Source: a virus
Taxonomy: Duplodnaviria > Caudoviricetes
Virus record (IMG/VR): IMGVR_UViG_3300032290_000864
Span: 1 to 33,887 of that record
DNA length: 33,887 nucleotides
Reading direction: 5' to 3' (one strand)
Of this stretch, positions 24,363-33,887 are shown piece after piece; within the stretch, counting starts at the first letter, position 1, and every line of letters starts with the position of its first letter. A program made the position numbers and the translations under genes. The notes under the pieces were generated by a model. It was not told the DNA's origin. It saw only the letters and a list, made by a program, of their open reading frames with translations, and did no database searches.

Positions 24363-24713
24363 TTAGTTCGTCGGTCCGACCGGCGCCGGATAGCCGCCGT
24401 TAATCACCGCCTGCTGGTCCGTATTCAGGTCGATCAGCCCGACCCGGATCTCTTGCAGCAACGCCGACAACCGCTCGATGCGATTCTGCAGGAACGACGT
24501 GCGCTGGTACGCGTTATTGAGCGGCCCGATCAACGTCGGATCGGTTTCGGTAATGACGGCGTTTTGCAGCGGGACCGACTCGATTGAGAGTTCGGCACCG
24601 TACATTGGCACCGTGCCTTGAAACGCCACGACGTCTGCTTGAAACGACGCCAGCGACTTAATTGGCGGCGCCTCAATCAGCGCGATGTATTCCTGCGTTG
24701 CGGTAGTTGCCAT
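24363..24713 (-). CDS. hypothetical protein (116 aa), possible tail-tip accessory/chaperone
   Basis: GGGGGA SD before ATG 24713 (MATTATQEY...); C-terminal coiled coil. Confidence 0.65.
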   Translation of the reverse strand: MATTATQEYIALIEAPPIKSLASFQADVVAFQGTVPMYGAELSIESVPLQNAVITETDPTLIGPLNNAYQRTSFLQNRIERLSALLQEIRVGLIDLNTDQQAVINGGYPAPVGPTN

Positions 24714-24723
24714 CCGTCCCCCG

Positions 24724-27700
24724 TTAAATGTTTTGGTCCGTCGTCGTCTTGTCGTACTCGGATTCGATCCACGCCACGCGCAGATCAGACGAAATTGCTG
24801 CGTCGTTCCACACTGAGAAAATGTCCACGTAATAACTACGGTTTGTTGTGTCCTCGGACAACGACGTGACCGCCAGCGTTTGCCATCCGCCGTAAAGGTT
24901 TTGCACGGTCGATCCGACAAACGTCGCCACGCCGTTATCCGTAATGCGGTAAAAGTTAATCGTGATAATGTCGCCCGAACCGCCGCCGCTTGGCGGCTGC
25001 AACGCGTAGCAATTCACGCGAATAGCGCGCAGCGTCACGCCGCGCGGCACAATGACCTGCCCGAGATGTCGACCTGCTGGCGGGAAACTTGCCGGCATTT
25101 GATACCCCGGCACGTAATAGCCGGCCTCTCGTACGTAGTCTACAACTGCGCTTTTTGGGTCGCATACCTGCGTTGCCGGCTGACGATTGAGCACCGTCGG
25201 CGCCGTGTTTTGCCGGATAAACTGGTATTGGAAGATCGGCGACTCCTTGCCGGTCCCACTCGCGCCCGTATACGACACGCACGACACGTACAGACTGGTG
25301 CCCAACGCAAACGGACCCGCCAACGTTTGCGTCGAGTTCCGACTGTTCACCGGCGACGCCGCCTGCACCGTCGCCAATGTGGGAAACGCGCTGGTGCTCG
25401 TCGCGAACTTAAACGACGCCACGGTCGAGTCGCCCACAAACGACACCGTTGCCGCGCCGGCCGCACTAAACGCCACCGATACCGCCATCATGCCCACATC
25501 TTGCGCCGGCACGTCGACCGCGTCGCTGTCGCTGACGCGCCCCGTCGCCGACGCCGTGAACGTCACCCGACCCGTCGGCAGCCCCGTCACGGGCCGCGTA
25601 ATCGTGTAGTCGACGTAGCTTCCGACCGTCTCCGGAACCGCGTACGTGTCACCGACCGCCGCCGACACCGTCTGTGGCGTCCCCGGCGTGATCGTTGCAA
25701 TGCCCTGCGTCAGATACGAAATCGACGTGGACAGCGCCGTGTACTTATCGAGCACCGCATACCGGACCGTCACCGTCGTCGCCGTCGTCGCCGTCACGCG
25801 CGCCCGACTTGCCAGATAGGTCGTATCCCGACCTTGCTCCGGAATCTCGATAAAGTCGTCGTCCGATTGCGCGCCTGCCAAGACTGCGCGAAACTGTGCG
25901 CCGCCGGGCTGACCAAGCGCCGCGCCGCGATTGAACGTCCAGCTCGAGCCCGACGCGACTGGCGTTCCGATCGCCGCGCCCGTCGCCAGCGTTGCCGAGC
26001 CCGTAATCGCCACCAATTGCACCGTCGGCGATCCGGATGGCGCCGTGCCCGTCACCGTTACCACGATCTGCGTCGCGCTCGATGTCCCTGGCGTTGCCAA
26101 GCACGACGTATACACCAGCCCGCCATCTCGAATAAACGAGTATTGAAACAGCACCGACTCAGAGCCGCCGCCGCTGACCGCGGTATATCCGAGCACCGAC
26201 ACAAACACCGTCGTCCCCGACGTAAACGGACCCGCCAGCGTCGTCACATAATTGCGCGTGTTTTGTGGCGTCGCCGCCTGCACGGTTGCCAGTACCGGCT
26301 GCGACACGGTCGACGTCGCGAATCGGATTGACGCCGTATCGGAGTCCGCACTAATCGCCAGCGTGAACGCGCCGGCGGAGCTAAACGTCCCGACCACCGA
26401 CACCATATCGCTCGACGTGCCTTGGTCGAACGACTCCGTCCCGCTCGCCAGCAACCCGTACACGCCCGACGCCGTGTAGCCGTTCACCTCGTACTGGATG
26501 TCGACGAACCCCGTCGCCGGGATGGTCGCGCTGTACGCGTACGGCACGCTGGTATCCACCGTCCACGCTGACCACGCGCCGCCGCCCGTCCGCTCGCGAA
26601 ACCGGACCTCGGCGACCCGCCCCTGCGGATCAGTAATCGCCAACGTTACCGTCGCAATCCCAGACGCCTCCGTCGTCGTCACCTGCACGACCGGCGTCAC
26701 TGCGTCCGGCCGCACCATATCCCGCGGCACGCCGCGCGCGATCGCGCTCACCTCTTGGCTGTACGTGGACAACGCGAACCCGCCCAACGCGTGCGCAATC
26801 CGGTAGTAATACGTCACGCCATCCCGCGGGAGCGCGTCCGCGTACGTCGGCGTCGAGCCCGCCACGCGCGCGATCTGCGCGAACCCGGACCCGCTCGTCG
26901 TGCTCCGCTCGATCACAATGTCGAGCGTCTGGTCGCTTGCCCACATCGCCAACGCGACGCCCTGCTCGAGCGTGACGTCGTCCACGCCAGGGATGACCGC
27001 CAACCCCGCCGGCCGCGTCGATGCGTCCGTCGTCGAATTGGTCGTGACCGCCACCGACACCACCGGCCCGACCGCGCCGGGACCGTCGTACGCGACGCCC
27101 AACCGCCACGCAATCGTCGGACCCGTTAGCGATCGGACAATTGTCGACGTCGATCCCGCCGGCAACGTCGCCACCTGATACGCCGACCAGTCCGCCGGCG
27201 CGCTTGCCCCTTGGTACGCGTACACGATCAGCGGGAACGCCGTGCTCGTATTCGTCCACGCGATCGTCGCCGCCGTCTGCCGGATATTGGACGCCGCCAG
27301 ACCCGTTACGCTCGGCAACGCGTCCAACGCGACCGACGTCCACGCCGTCCAGTTTGACGGCCGCAAGCCCGACTGCTCGGACCGCGCCCGCACCCACATG
27401 GTTTGCCCTGCCACCGACTGACCCGGCAGCGTTTGCGCCGTCGTCGGGATCTGCCCCGCCACATAGACCGCGTGATCGGCGCCCGCGCTTGTCGGCGACG
27501 TCGGGCTTGCCGCGTACTGCACCCGCACCGAGATTACGCCGCCCGCGTTGAGCGTCGCCGCGTTCGTGATCGTGTACTGCGCCGTCGTCGTCGGCGCGCC
27601 GGTCGCTTTGGCGATCGTGATCGTCGGCAACGTGGCCGGCTGCGCCGCCAATCCCGAATCCAATAGCCGCAGCACGGGACCGCTCGGCGACTCCGTCCGC

Positions 27701-29478
27701 CGGATGACCTGCATAATGCGCGCCCCGACCGACGACTCGCCGATCCGGTATCCCTTGTTCGGGAAATGCGCCGCCTCAAAATAGATTTCGTCCCCAATCT
27801 GCGCCGCCGCCGCGCTCGAGCCCGCGAGCACCTGCACATCGGCCGCGGACGCGCCGCGCCCGTACCGATCAAACGTCGGAATCGCAATTGCGTCGAGCTG
27901 CTCGCTTATAGACGGTTGCCAACTGGTCGCGGTATGGATCATGCCAGGGACCGCGTATTCAATCGCGCGTCCCGTGAACACCGTCAGGTTGACGTCCAGA
28001 TATTGCGCCGTCTGCCGTAGCTCGGACACGATTACGCCGTCGAGTGGCGTACTAGAGCCGTTTGCCTGCGTTGAGCCGTTCGACGTCGCCGCCGCGCCGT
28101 CAATCCACAACGTCGGGTTCATCCATTGCTGCGACAACGTGATCGACGCGATCGCCGTTTTGTCGTCCAAATCAAAAACGACGTCCTCGCCCGAACGGAG
28201 ATCGTTCGTTCCCAGCGTCAGCGTCGGCAACAGCGACGTCCGAATCCGCGTCGGGAACAGTTCCTGCTGGCCGGCCGACGTTGTCCGCGCGCTTACTCCG
28301 AACGGCCCATAGATTGCCGACTCCAAAAACGATGCAATAATGGGCGCTTCACCAAACCGGCACGCGAGCCGAACCGAATCCCCAATCAGTCCGCGCACCG
28401 TTGCCACCCACGCGCCCGCCGGGTTGTACGCAATCCGCGCGTTCGTCCAGATCGCCGACACTAGATCCACCGGATGCGCGTCTAGATACAACGGCGTTTG
28501 CTCCGTCACCTCAAACGTCGACAACGAGCAGTACACCGTCTGCCCTGTCGAATACGGACACGTCGGCCAATACAGATACACATGGCTCACGCCAAGCGCC
28601 TGCCCGTACGGCGTCCCGCTGTAATTGCACACGATCGCCTGCACCGGTGCCGCGTTCGTCGCTGTTGTCCCGATCCACGCCGTCACGCCGCCCGATACGA
28701 CCCACGTCCCCGCCGTGAAATCGTACTGCGTTGAGGTATACGCCGTGACAAACTGCGACGTCCCGCCGGCAATCGCGAACGGGTTGACCTGGCGGCGCGC
28801 CTCGATAAAGTCGCCAATCTCCGGCCGCGCGAGTTTCCGCCAATCCGTAATGACCGGCGAATTAATACTCGGCGCGTACCCGTCAATAAACTCCAAAAAC
28901 ACGTTGCCGCTGCCGGCGTTCGTGACACGATACCGCCACCCGCCGCGCGCGACAACCGGTCCCCAGTTCGACGTCACCGGCCCGCCCGTGATCGTGCCGC
29001 GGGTTGAATACGACCCAAGGCTCGAGCCTTGAAAGATCGTCTGCGTCTGATCCACGCGCCGCGTGTCGCCGATCTGCACCGCGTACCGCATCGGGCTCAC
29101 CAGCCGGATCGACGTCACGTAGCCCGCGATCAGCGTCGTAAACCCGCCGCCGTTCGTCTGCGTCTCCACGTACGCGCGCCGGCTCAGCAACTGCTGACGC
29201 GCGCCCGCGTCCTCTAACAGCGCCGTCAGATACCGAATCGTGCCCGTCGCGTCCGTCCCCGTGTTCGCGTCGACGATCTCGACCGTATACGACCCGGTCC
29301 GCACCGCGCCCGTCAGCGGGTCGACTTCCTGACCGTCACCGCTTGGCGCGCTCGCGATATAGGGAGCCGCCGCCGCCGGCGCCGACGACACCGACACCAC
29401 GTCCGCCGTCCCGTCCGGGTTCGCGACCGTGGACGCGTTCCGGATGCGGAGCCGGTACTCGATCGTACTTGCTGGCAT
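24724..29478 (-). CDS. large tail-tip / baseplate hub-central fibre protein with FN3/Ig-like repeats
   Basis: 1584 aa, located after the tape measure and Dit-like genes; FN3-like motifs (WVRARSE...SNWTAW; YAD..P..GVTYYYRI); duplicated 93-aa domain. Confidence 0.8.
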   Translation of the reverse strand: MPASTIEYRLRIRNASTVANPDGTADVVSVSSAPAAAAPYIASAPSGDGQEVDPLTGAVRTGSYTVEIVDANTGTDATGTIRYLTALLEDAGARQQLLSRRAYVETQTNGGGFTTLIAGYVTSIRLVSPMRYAVQIGDTRRVDQTQTIFQGSSLGSYSTRGTITGGPVTSNWGPVVARGGWRYRVTNAGSGNVFLEFIDGYAPSINSPVITDWRKLARPEIGDFIEARRQVNPFAIAGGTSQFVTAYTSTQYDFTAGTWVVSGGVTAWIGTTATNAAPVQAIVCNYSGTPYGQALGVSHVYLYWPTCPYSTGQTVYCSLSTFEVTEQTPLYLDAHPVDLVSAIWTNARIAYNPAGAWVATVRGLIGDSVRLACRFGEAPIIASFLESAIYGPFGVSARTTSAGQQELFPTRIRTSLLPTLTLGTNDLRSGEDVVFDLDDKTAIASITLSQQWMNPTLWIDGAAATSNGSTQANGSSTPLDGVIVSELRQTAQYLDVNLTVFTGRAIEYAVPGMIHTATSWQPSISEQLDAIAIPTFDRYGRGASAADVQVLAGSSAAAAQIGDEIYFEAAHFPNKGYRIGESSVGARIMQVIRRTESPSGPVLRLLDSGLAAQPATLPTITIAKATGAPTTTAQYTITNAATLNAGGVISVRVQYAASPTSPTSAGADHAVYVAGQIPTTAQTLPGQSVAGQTMWVRARSEQSGLRPSNWTAWTSVALDALPSVTGLAASNIRQTAATIAWTNTSTAFPLIVYAYQGASAPADWSAYQVATLPAGSTSTIVRSLTGPTIAWRLGVAYDGPGAVGPVVSVAVTTNSTTDASTRPAGLAVIPGVDDVTLEQGVALAMWASDQTLDIVIERSTTSGSGFAQIARVAGSTPTYADALPRDGVTYYYRIAHALGGFALSTYSQEVSAIARGVPRDMVRPDAVTPVVQVTTTEASGIATVTLAITDPQGRVAEVRFRERTGGGAWSAWTVDTSVPYAYSATIPATGFVDIQYEVNGYTASGVYGLLASGTESFDQGTSSDMVSVVGTFSSAGAFTLAISADSDTASIRFATSTVSQPVLATVQAATPQNTRNYVTTLAGPFTSGTTVFVSVLGYTAVSGGGSESVLFQYSFIRDGGLVYTSCLATPGTSSATQIVVTVTGTAPSGSPTVQLVAITGSATLATGAAIGTPVASGSSWTFNRGAALGQPGGAQFRAVLAGAQSDDDFIEIPEQGRDTTYLASRARVTATTATTVTVRYAVLDKYTALSTSISYLTQGIATITPGTPQTVSAAVGDTYAVPETVGSYVDYTITRPVTGLPTGRVTFTASATGRVSDSDAVDVPAQDVGMMAVSVAFSAAGAATVSFVGDSTVASFKFATSTSAFPTLATVQAASPVNSRNSTQTLAGPFALGTSLYVSCVSYTGASGTGKESPIFQYQFIRQNTAPTVLNRQPATQVCDPKSAVVDYVREAGYYVPGYQMPASFPPAGRHLGQVIVPRGVTLRAIRVNCYALQPPSGGGSGDIITINFYRITDNGVATFVGSTVQNLYGGWQTLAVTSLSEDTTNRSYYVDIFSVWNDAAISSDLRVAWIESEYDKTTTDQNI

Positions 29479-29493
29479 GGTCGCGCGTCTCCG

Positions 29494-29934
29494 TTACGGG
29501 TATTGGCACAGCATATCGGCGCCGCTCAGATTCACGAGCGTCAGCGATAGGCTATACGTCAGATACTGCGCGTCCTGAAACGCCAGGGACGGCGATCCGC
29601 CCTCCGGGTCGATCGAGCAGTTCGCATACGTCCGTGCCGCCGCGTCGTCCGTCGTCACCGTACAGACGCCGCCGCCTTCCAGATGCCGGACCAGCCGCAA
29701 CGCCACCGATTGCGCCGTGTTCGGGAGATCCCGCATCGTGAACGACGCGCCGTAGTCGATCCGGAACGTGAACGCGTAGCTCGCGCCCGTCCCAAGCGCC
29801 GTCGCCCGCTCACCCACGCGCCGCGTAAACGGCACCCACTCGCCGAACCGCGACCCGACCCCGCCGGCCGACCCCGTCAGCCCGTTGTCGAGCGTTGCCG
29901 TCCCCGTCCCGTCCGTAAATGTGATCGACGCCAT
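29494..29934 (-). CDS. putative distal tail (Dit-like) protein
   Basis: Size and position between the tape measure and tail-tip genes; TAATG overlap. Confidence 0.6.
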   Translation of the reverse strand: MASITFTDGTGTATLDNGLTGSAGGVGSRFGEWVPFTRRVGERATALGTGASYAFTFRIDYGASFTMRDLPNTAQSVALRLVRHLEGGGVCTVTTDDAAARTYANCSIDPEGGSPSLAFQDAQYLTYSLSLTLVNLSGADMLCQYP

Positions 29935-31889
29935 TAGACGTTCCCCCGGCGATCCGCCTTGGTCATCAGTTCCTGCATGGCCCGCTGCGCGCTCGGATCG
30001 TTCGGCCCGATAATGGTCACGTTCATCGACGACGCCGGCCGGATTGCGGATCCCGCCGCCGCAGACGTTGGCCCGTACGTTGCTGTCGGTAACGTTTGAT
30101 TCCCGCCCATCGCCGGCGCGCTGTACGCACCGCCGCCACCGCCACCACCACCAAATCCGGCTTGGCTCATGGCTCGACCGCCAGCCCCTTTTAACGCCGA
30201 TCCAACGGCTAATATTGCAACGCCAGCCGCAATCATTCCGTAGGGATTGCCGCTAGAAAACGAACTCATCGCAACCTTTAGCGCCACGCCGAGCTGAATC
30301 AGATGTTGCCCAAATGCTACCATGACGCTTCCAAGCCCGCTCAACAATGTGGCGCCAAACGCTTTCATAGAGTCGCCAAAGTTTGCGCCTTTTGCAAACG
30401 CCGCTTGAATACCTGTCGACAGTGCATCGCCAAGCGCATTTGCCAGCCCATCGCGAACGCTTTGTGCCATCCCTAATGTTTCCGCATCAAGAGCTTTCTT
30501 TATTTGCGCTACTTCTTCTCTTGCTCTTGCTTGGTATTCGGCAACCTTGCTCGGATCAGTACGAGGCGCACCGCCAGCGCGCGCCGCTTCTGCATCAAAC
30601 GGCATCATCGACAACGGCGTTCGTACTTGATATGCCGAACCAATGCTGTCAACCTGAGCCAACTTCAACGTTGCTTGTTTTTTTGTTTCAACCGTCAGCG
30701 CTTTCTCTATCTCAAGAACCTGAGTGGCAAGGTCAATTTTTCCTTGCAACGAAAGCCCCTCGCGATCACGCGCTTTAATCAGCAGCTGCAATTCACCGCG
30801 CAGTAACTGCGTCTGTGATTTGTTTAGCTTCATCACTGACGACAATTGAATCAGCTGTTTGATTTCAAGCTGTCGCTGTTGCAATCCGACAAACGCGTCT
30901 GCTAGTACTGATTTTGCAGGAGCAACCGCCGATTGCGCGTCCGCTAACGCTTTTGCTGCGTCTTGCGCCTCTTTACCTTTCCGAGCAAGCAAGAGAAAAA
31001 CATCGGCAATTGGTCCGTATGCTTGATACAGAGTTTGCCCTAAGATTTTAAACACACGCGACACGGCTGGCACCGAATTTGCCAGCCCATCAATTGCGAC
31101 GCGCAATCCGATAACAGCATCTCTTAGAGTAATAACAAAGCCAACCGTCGTCGTACTGCTGTCTTTTGACAACGTCAATAAATTCCCAAATTCGTTGGCA
31201 AGTTGTTTTAACGCACCACCTAGAGTATTTGCCGCGGCCGCTGCGCTTCCTTCAAACTGCGTTTTAAGTTCCGCCAGGATGACGGCCTGCGCCTCAGCCA
31301 CGCGTCCCGTTTCCGTCAGCGACGCAATAACTTCCTTTTGCGCCTCGCTAAATTGCACGCCTGCTCGACCCAGCGCACTAACACCGAGGATAGGATCGTT
31401 CAGCGCTTTGCCAACTTGCAACGTCGCGCTTTTAAGATCCGTGTTCATCGCCGCCGCCATATCCAAAATGGCTGCCGTCGCTTTCGGAAAGACGTCGCCC
31501 TGAATCTTTGTAAACGTCAACAGCAACGCCTGCGCGCCCGTAATCGCGTCGTCGTCGTACGCCGTCATATAGGACAGCGCCTGCGCGTGCGCGTTTAAAG
31601 CTTCAGCGGATTGCCCGGCGGCTCCCTTTGTTGAGATCAGCGCGGCATTAAGCTGTGCCGTCGCGTATTCGGCATCAATTGTTTCTGAGACAATCTTTTT
31701 GAAGAGGGCGCCAATAGAAGCCGCAGCCGCAAGCCCGCCAAATGCCGTCTTAATTGAACCAAGCGCCGCGTCGTAGGCTTTGGCTTGAACTGTTGTTTTT
31801 TTAAACGAGTCCCCTAGTCGATCGGTCGCCGCCTTAACCGCGCCGGCGCCTTCCTCCTTCAGCTTCATCGTTAACGCGAAGACATCCAT
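29934..31889 (-). CDS. tail tape measure protein
   Basis: Ala-rich helical protein with 'QVGKALNDPILGVSALGRAGVQFSEAQK' TMP motif; follows the chaperones. Confidence 0.92.
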   Translation of the reverse strand: MDVFALTMKLKEEGAGAVKAATDRLGDSFKKTTVQAKAYDAALGSIKTAFGGLAAAASIGALFKKIVSETIDAEYATAQLNAALISTKGAAGQSAEALNAHAQALSYMTAYDDDAITGAQALLLTFTKIQGDVFPKATAAILDMAAAMNTDLKSATLQVGKALNDPILGVSALGRAGVQFSEAQKEVIASLTETGRVAEAQAVILAELKTQFEGSAAAAANTLGGALKQLANEFGNLLTLSKDSSTTTVGFVITLRDAVIGLRVAIDGLANSVPAVSRVFKILGQTLYQAYGPIADVFLLLARKGKEAQDAAKALADAQSAVAPAKSVLADAFVGLQQRQLEIKQLIQLSSVMKLNKSQTQLLRGELQLLIKARDREGLSLQGKIDLATQVLEIEKALTVETKKQATLKLAQVDSIGSAYQVRTPLSMMPFDAEAARAGGAPRTDPSKVAEYQARAREEVAQIKKALDAETLGMAQSVRDGLANALGDALSTGIQAAFAKGANFGDSMKAFGATLLSGLGSVMVAFGQHLIQLGVALKVAMSSFSSGNPYGMIAAGVAILAVGSALKGAGGRAMSQAGFGGGGGGGGAYSAPAMGGNQTLPTATYGPTSAAAGSAIRPASSMNVTIIGPNDPSAQRAMQELMTKADRRGNV

Positions 31890-31892
31890 CTG

Positions 31893-32321
31893 TTACCCCT
31901 CCGGCGGCTCGGCCGCTCGCTGCTGTTCGTGGATCGCTTGCGCCGCCTGCATCCGTTCGGACAACCCGCTTAACCGGGACCGCGTCGCGTCTAGCATTGA
32001 CGACAATCGGCCCGCTGCGCTTAGGTACCGCATCTCGGCCTGCTGCAACTTGGACGGATCGTGGAACGCGAACGCTACTAGCCCAGCGAGATCCGTCCGT
32101 TCGCCTAACCGTTCAACCGACGCCTCTTGCGCCGCCTGGCGCACGCCGGCCCACGTCCACAACGTCAGCGCAAACGACTCGGCCGCCACAGCGCGCACCG
32201 ATTGTCCGGTCGCCGTGGCGGTCTCAATAATCACGCGTTGTATGTATTCCGCGATCGACCAGCGGATCGTGACCGCATCGCCGCCCGCCGGCGTCGCGTC
32301 CGATCCACTGGCCGGCGTTAG
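31893..32321 (-). CDS. tail assembly chaperone, C-terminal (gpT-like) part reached by -1 frameshift
   Basis: The -1 frame is open from the slippery site through GTG 32234 to the stop at 31893. Confidence 0.8.
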   Translation of the reverse strand, partial: LTPASGSDATPAGGDAVTIRWSIAEYIQRVIIETATATGQSVRAVAAESFALTLWTWAGVRQAAQEASVERLGERTDLAGLVAFAFHDPSKLQQAEMRYLSAAGRLSSMLDATRSRLSGLSERMQAAQAIHEQQRAAEPPEG

Positions 32322-32632
32322 TTTTTTGCCGCCATCTCCGCAATCTGCTGCTCCACTTCGGCAACCTGACCGCGCGAGAGCTGCACAATCGCCCCTATCT
32401 GGTCGACCGTCAGCCCCGCGCGCTCCTCAGCCGTCAGCGCCGGGAGCAGCACCGCGATCACGTCCAGCAGCGCGCCCAGCATGCCCGCGCCCGTCGGGTC
32501 GCCGTCCTGCACGATCGCCAACCGGTGCGCCGCGGCGCCCGTCAGCGGATGCACCGTCATCTCGCGGCCGCACAGCTGCACCTTCGGGAGTCGCGCCGTG
32601 TTCACCAGCGCATCGAGATCAATCGTCGTCAT
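32318..32632 (-). CDS. tail assembly chaperone (gpG-like)
   Basis: Between the tail tube and tape measure genes; ends in the slippery heptamer. Confidence 0.8.
   Translation of the reverse strand: MTTIDLDALVNTARLPKVQLCGREMTVHPLTGAAAHRLAIVQDGDPTGAGMLGALLDVIAVLLPALTAEERAGLTVDQIGAIVQLSRGQVAEVEQQIAEMAAKN
32321..32327 (-). other. -1 programmed ribosomal frameshift heptamer A AAA AAC
   Basis: GCA AAA AAC TAA at the end of the gpG-like gene, in the correct X XXY YYZ phase. Confidence 0.85.
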
Positions 32633-32675
32633 CGGATCTGGTCCTGTTTGACGGGTAGCCTACAAATCAGCGCCG

Positions 32676-33239
32676 TTAGACGCTGGCGATATACTCAATC
32701 CGGTACGGCGCGTCGCCCACGTTCGCGCCCGACACCGACATATCCAACCGCGCTTCCAGCTCGATCGAGATGGCCACTTCCTGCCCGTCCTGCGACGTCG
32801 CGTCGTACTTAAGCAGCAGCGCCGACGGGAACCGGATTTGCACGAAGTTGCCGCCGCCACGCAGCCAGATGCACCGCACGTCTGTCAGATAGTCGCCGGC
32901 CACCAGATAGGACGCCGCGCGCTTTGGCGCATAGCTGGTCGAGCCCGTCCACGCGCCCGTCGCGGTAACCGTGGCGCCCGGCTCGATCTGCGCCACGTTC
33001 GTGGTCGACAACTGGATGACGGTGCCGGTAATCTTCGGCGTCATCATCGACTTACGATCGAGCAGCCGCACCGGCGACCGCTTACCGTCGAACACCGTGT
33101 TCAGATACTCAACGCCAGGATCGAACTTGAGCCCGCCTTGAAACGCGCCAAACACGGCCGCGCCGACGTACAGCACGCCGGAGTCCACCAGCACGTCAGT
33201 AGGGAACGTCGAGGTAAAGCCGGTCAATGGTGCAGTCAT
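32676..33239 (-). CDS. major tail tube protein
   Basis: VLVDSGVLY...GA.QGGLKF pattern; position after the terminator and before the chaperones. Confidence 0.75.
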   Translation of the reverse strand: MTAPLTGFTSTFPTDVLVDSGVLYVGAAVFGAFQGGLKFDPGVEYLNTVFDGKRSPVRLLDRKSMMTPKITGTVIQLSTTNVAQIEPGATVTATGAWTGSTSYAPKRAASYLVAGDYLTDVRCIWLRGGGNFVQIRFPSALLLKYDATSQDGQEVAISIELEARLDMSVSGANVGDAPYRIEYIASV

Positions 33240-33302
33240 CGCGTCATCCGTAGAAAAGGTTCGACCAAAATATAGCCCCGAACGCCCACGCGTTCACGGC
33301 CC

Positions 33303-33806
33303 TTACGCCCGATCTGTCAACACGCGCGGCCAAAAATACACCTGGTAACTGGCAACCACGCCCACCGTCGCCGACTCCGCCGGCGTCGAAAACATCGGCA
33401 CCGTCGCCCGCGTCCGCGATCGCCCGACGATCAGCCCGGACCGCGCGTCCGTCAACCCCGTCAGACACTGGTCGACCAGATCCATCATCGACTCGACCAA
33501 CGGGAGCTGCGACTCTGGCTTGCCAATCGCCTGCACTTCCAACAGCGCCGTCTCGCGATACCCGTTATACGCCGCGTCCGACGTCCGATTAAGCAGGAGC
33601 GTCAGATACGGGAACGCCGGCGGATCGGGTTGCGACCGGACCCAGATACCGGGATCGCGACCGAGCACCGTCGCCAGCGTCTCGCCCGACGGCCCGACGT
33701 ACGCCAGCATCGCCGCTCGGATCGTCGCGTAGATCTGCACCGTGCTCGACGTGGACGGCGTCAACGTCGTCCCCGGCACCGTGTACCGCGGTAGTACGTC
33801 GCTCAT
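33303..33806 (-). CDS. tail terminator protein (SPP1 gp17-like)
   Basis: IYATIRAAML...P..PAFPYLTL pattern and gene order. Confidence 0.7.
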   Translation of the reverse strand: MSDVLPRYTVPGTTLTPSTSSTVQIYATIRAAMLAYVGPSGETLATVLGRDPGIWVRSQPDPPAFPYLTLLLNRTSDAAYNGYRETALLEVQAIGKPESQLPLVESMMDLVDQCLTGLTDARSGLIVGRSRTRATVPMFSTPAESATVGVVASYQVYFWPRVLTDRA

Positions 33807-33887
33807 GCCGCCCCCATAATCCGCGCCACGATCACGCTAAAGGTTTTCTGCATCCGCTGGATGTTCTCGACCGCCGTCGGCACCCAG
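33765..33887. repeat. 123-bp direct terminal repeat, right copy
   Basis: Identical to 1-123. Confidence 0.97.

Noticed and set aside
25213-26406. Duplicated tail-tip segments as a diversity-generating retroelement TR/VR pair
   Set aside because: Both copies are coding and diverge at all base types, not only adenines; no reverse transcriptase gene is present

Overview
The window appears to be a complete, GC-rich tailed-phage genome (siphovirus-type) of about 33,764 bp, assembled as a circle: bases 1-123 are repeated exactly at 33765-33887. Every credible gene is on the minus strand. Reading round from a sigma70-like promoter at ~21400, the order is: early genes (ERF-type annealing protein, winged-helix protein, DEDDy exonuclease, VRR-NUC nuclease, HTH protein); terS, a SAM methyltransferase and terL; a portal-MuF fusion, HK97 protease and HK97 capsid; a glycosyltransferase; head-tail connector and closure proteins; a 10-gene block of beta-rich and repeat proteins inserted in the neck module; gp10-like protein, tail terminator, tail tube, frameshifted chaperones, tape measure, Dit-like and tail-tip proteins; a second glycosyltransferase; and the lysis genes. 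I recognise no integrase, CI-type repressor, primase, helicase, polymerase or replication initiator. The most striking unexplained element is the only long intergenic region (21400-21983). It has its own near-consensus promoter, and its minus-strand transcript of ~520 nt folds into a dense series of stems with G-U pairs and GNRA loops, making it a candidate large structured RNA (replication primer or RNA switch). Other highlights are a possible repeat-templated fibre module, a dispersed glycosyl/methyl-transfer set, and a promoter motif shared by the head and lysis modules. All calls come from manual motif reading and gene order; no database searches or folding programs were run.
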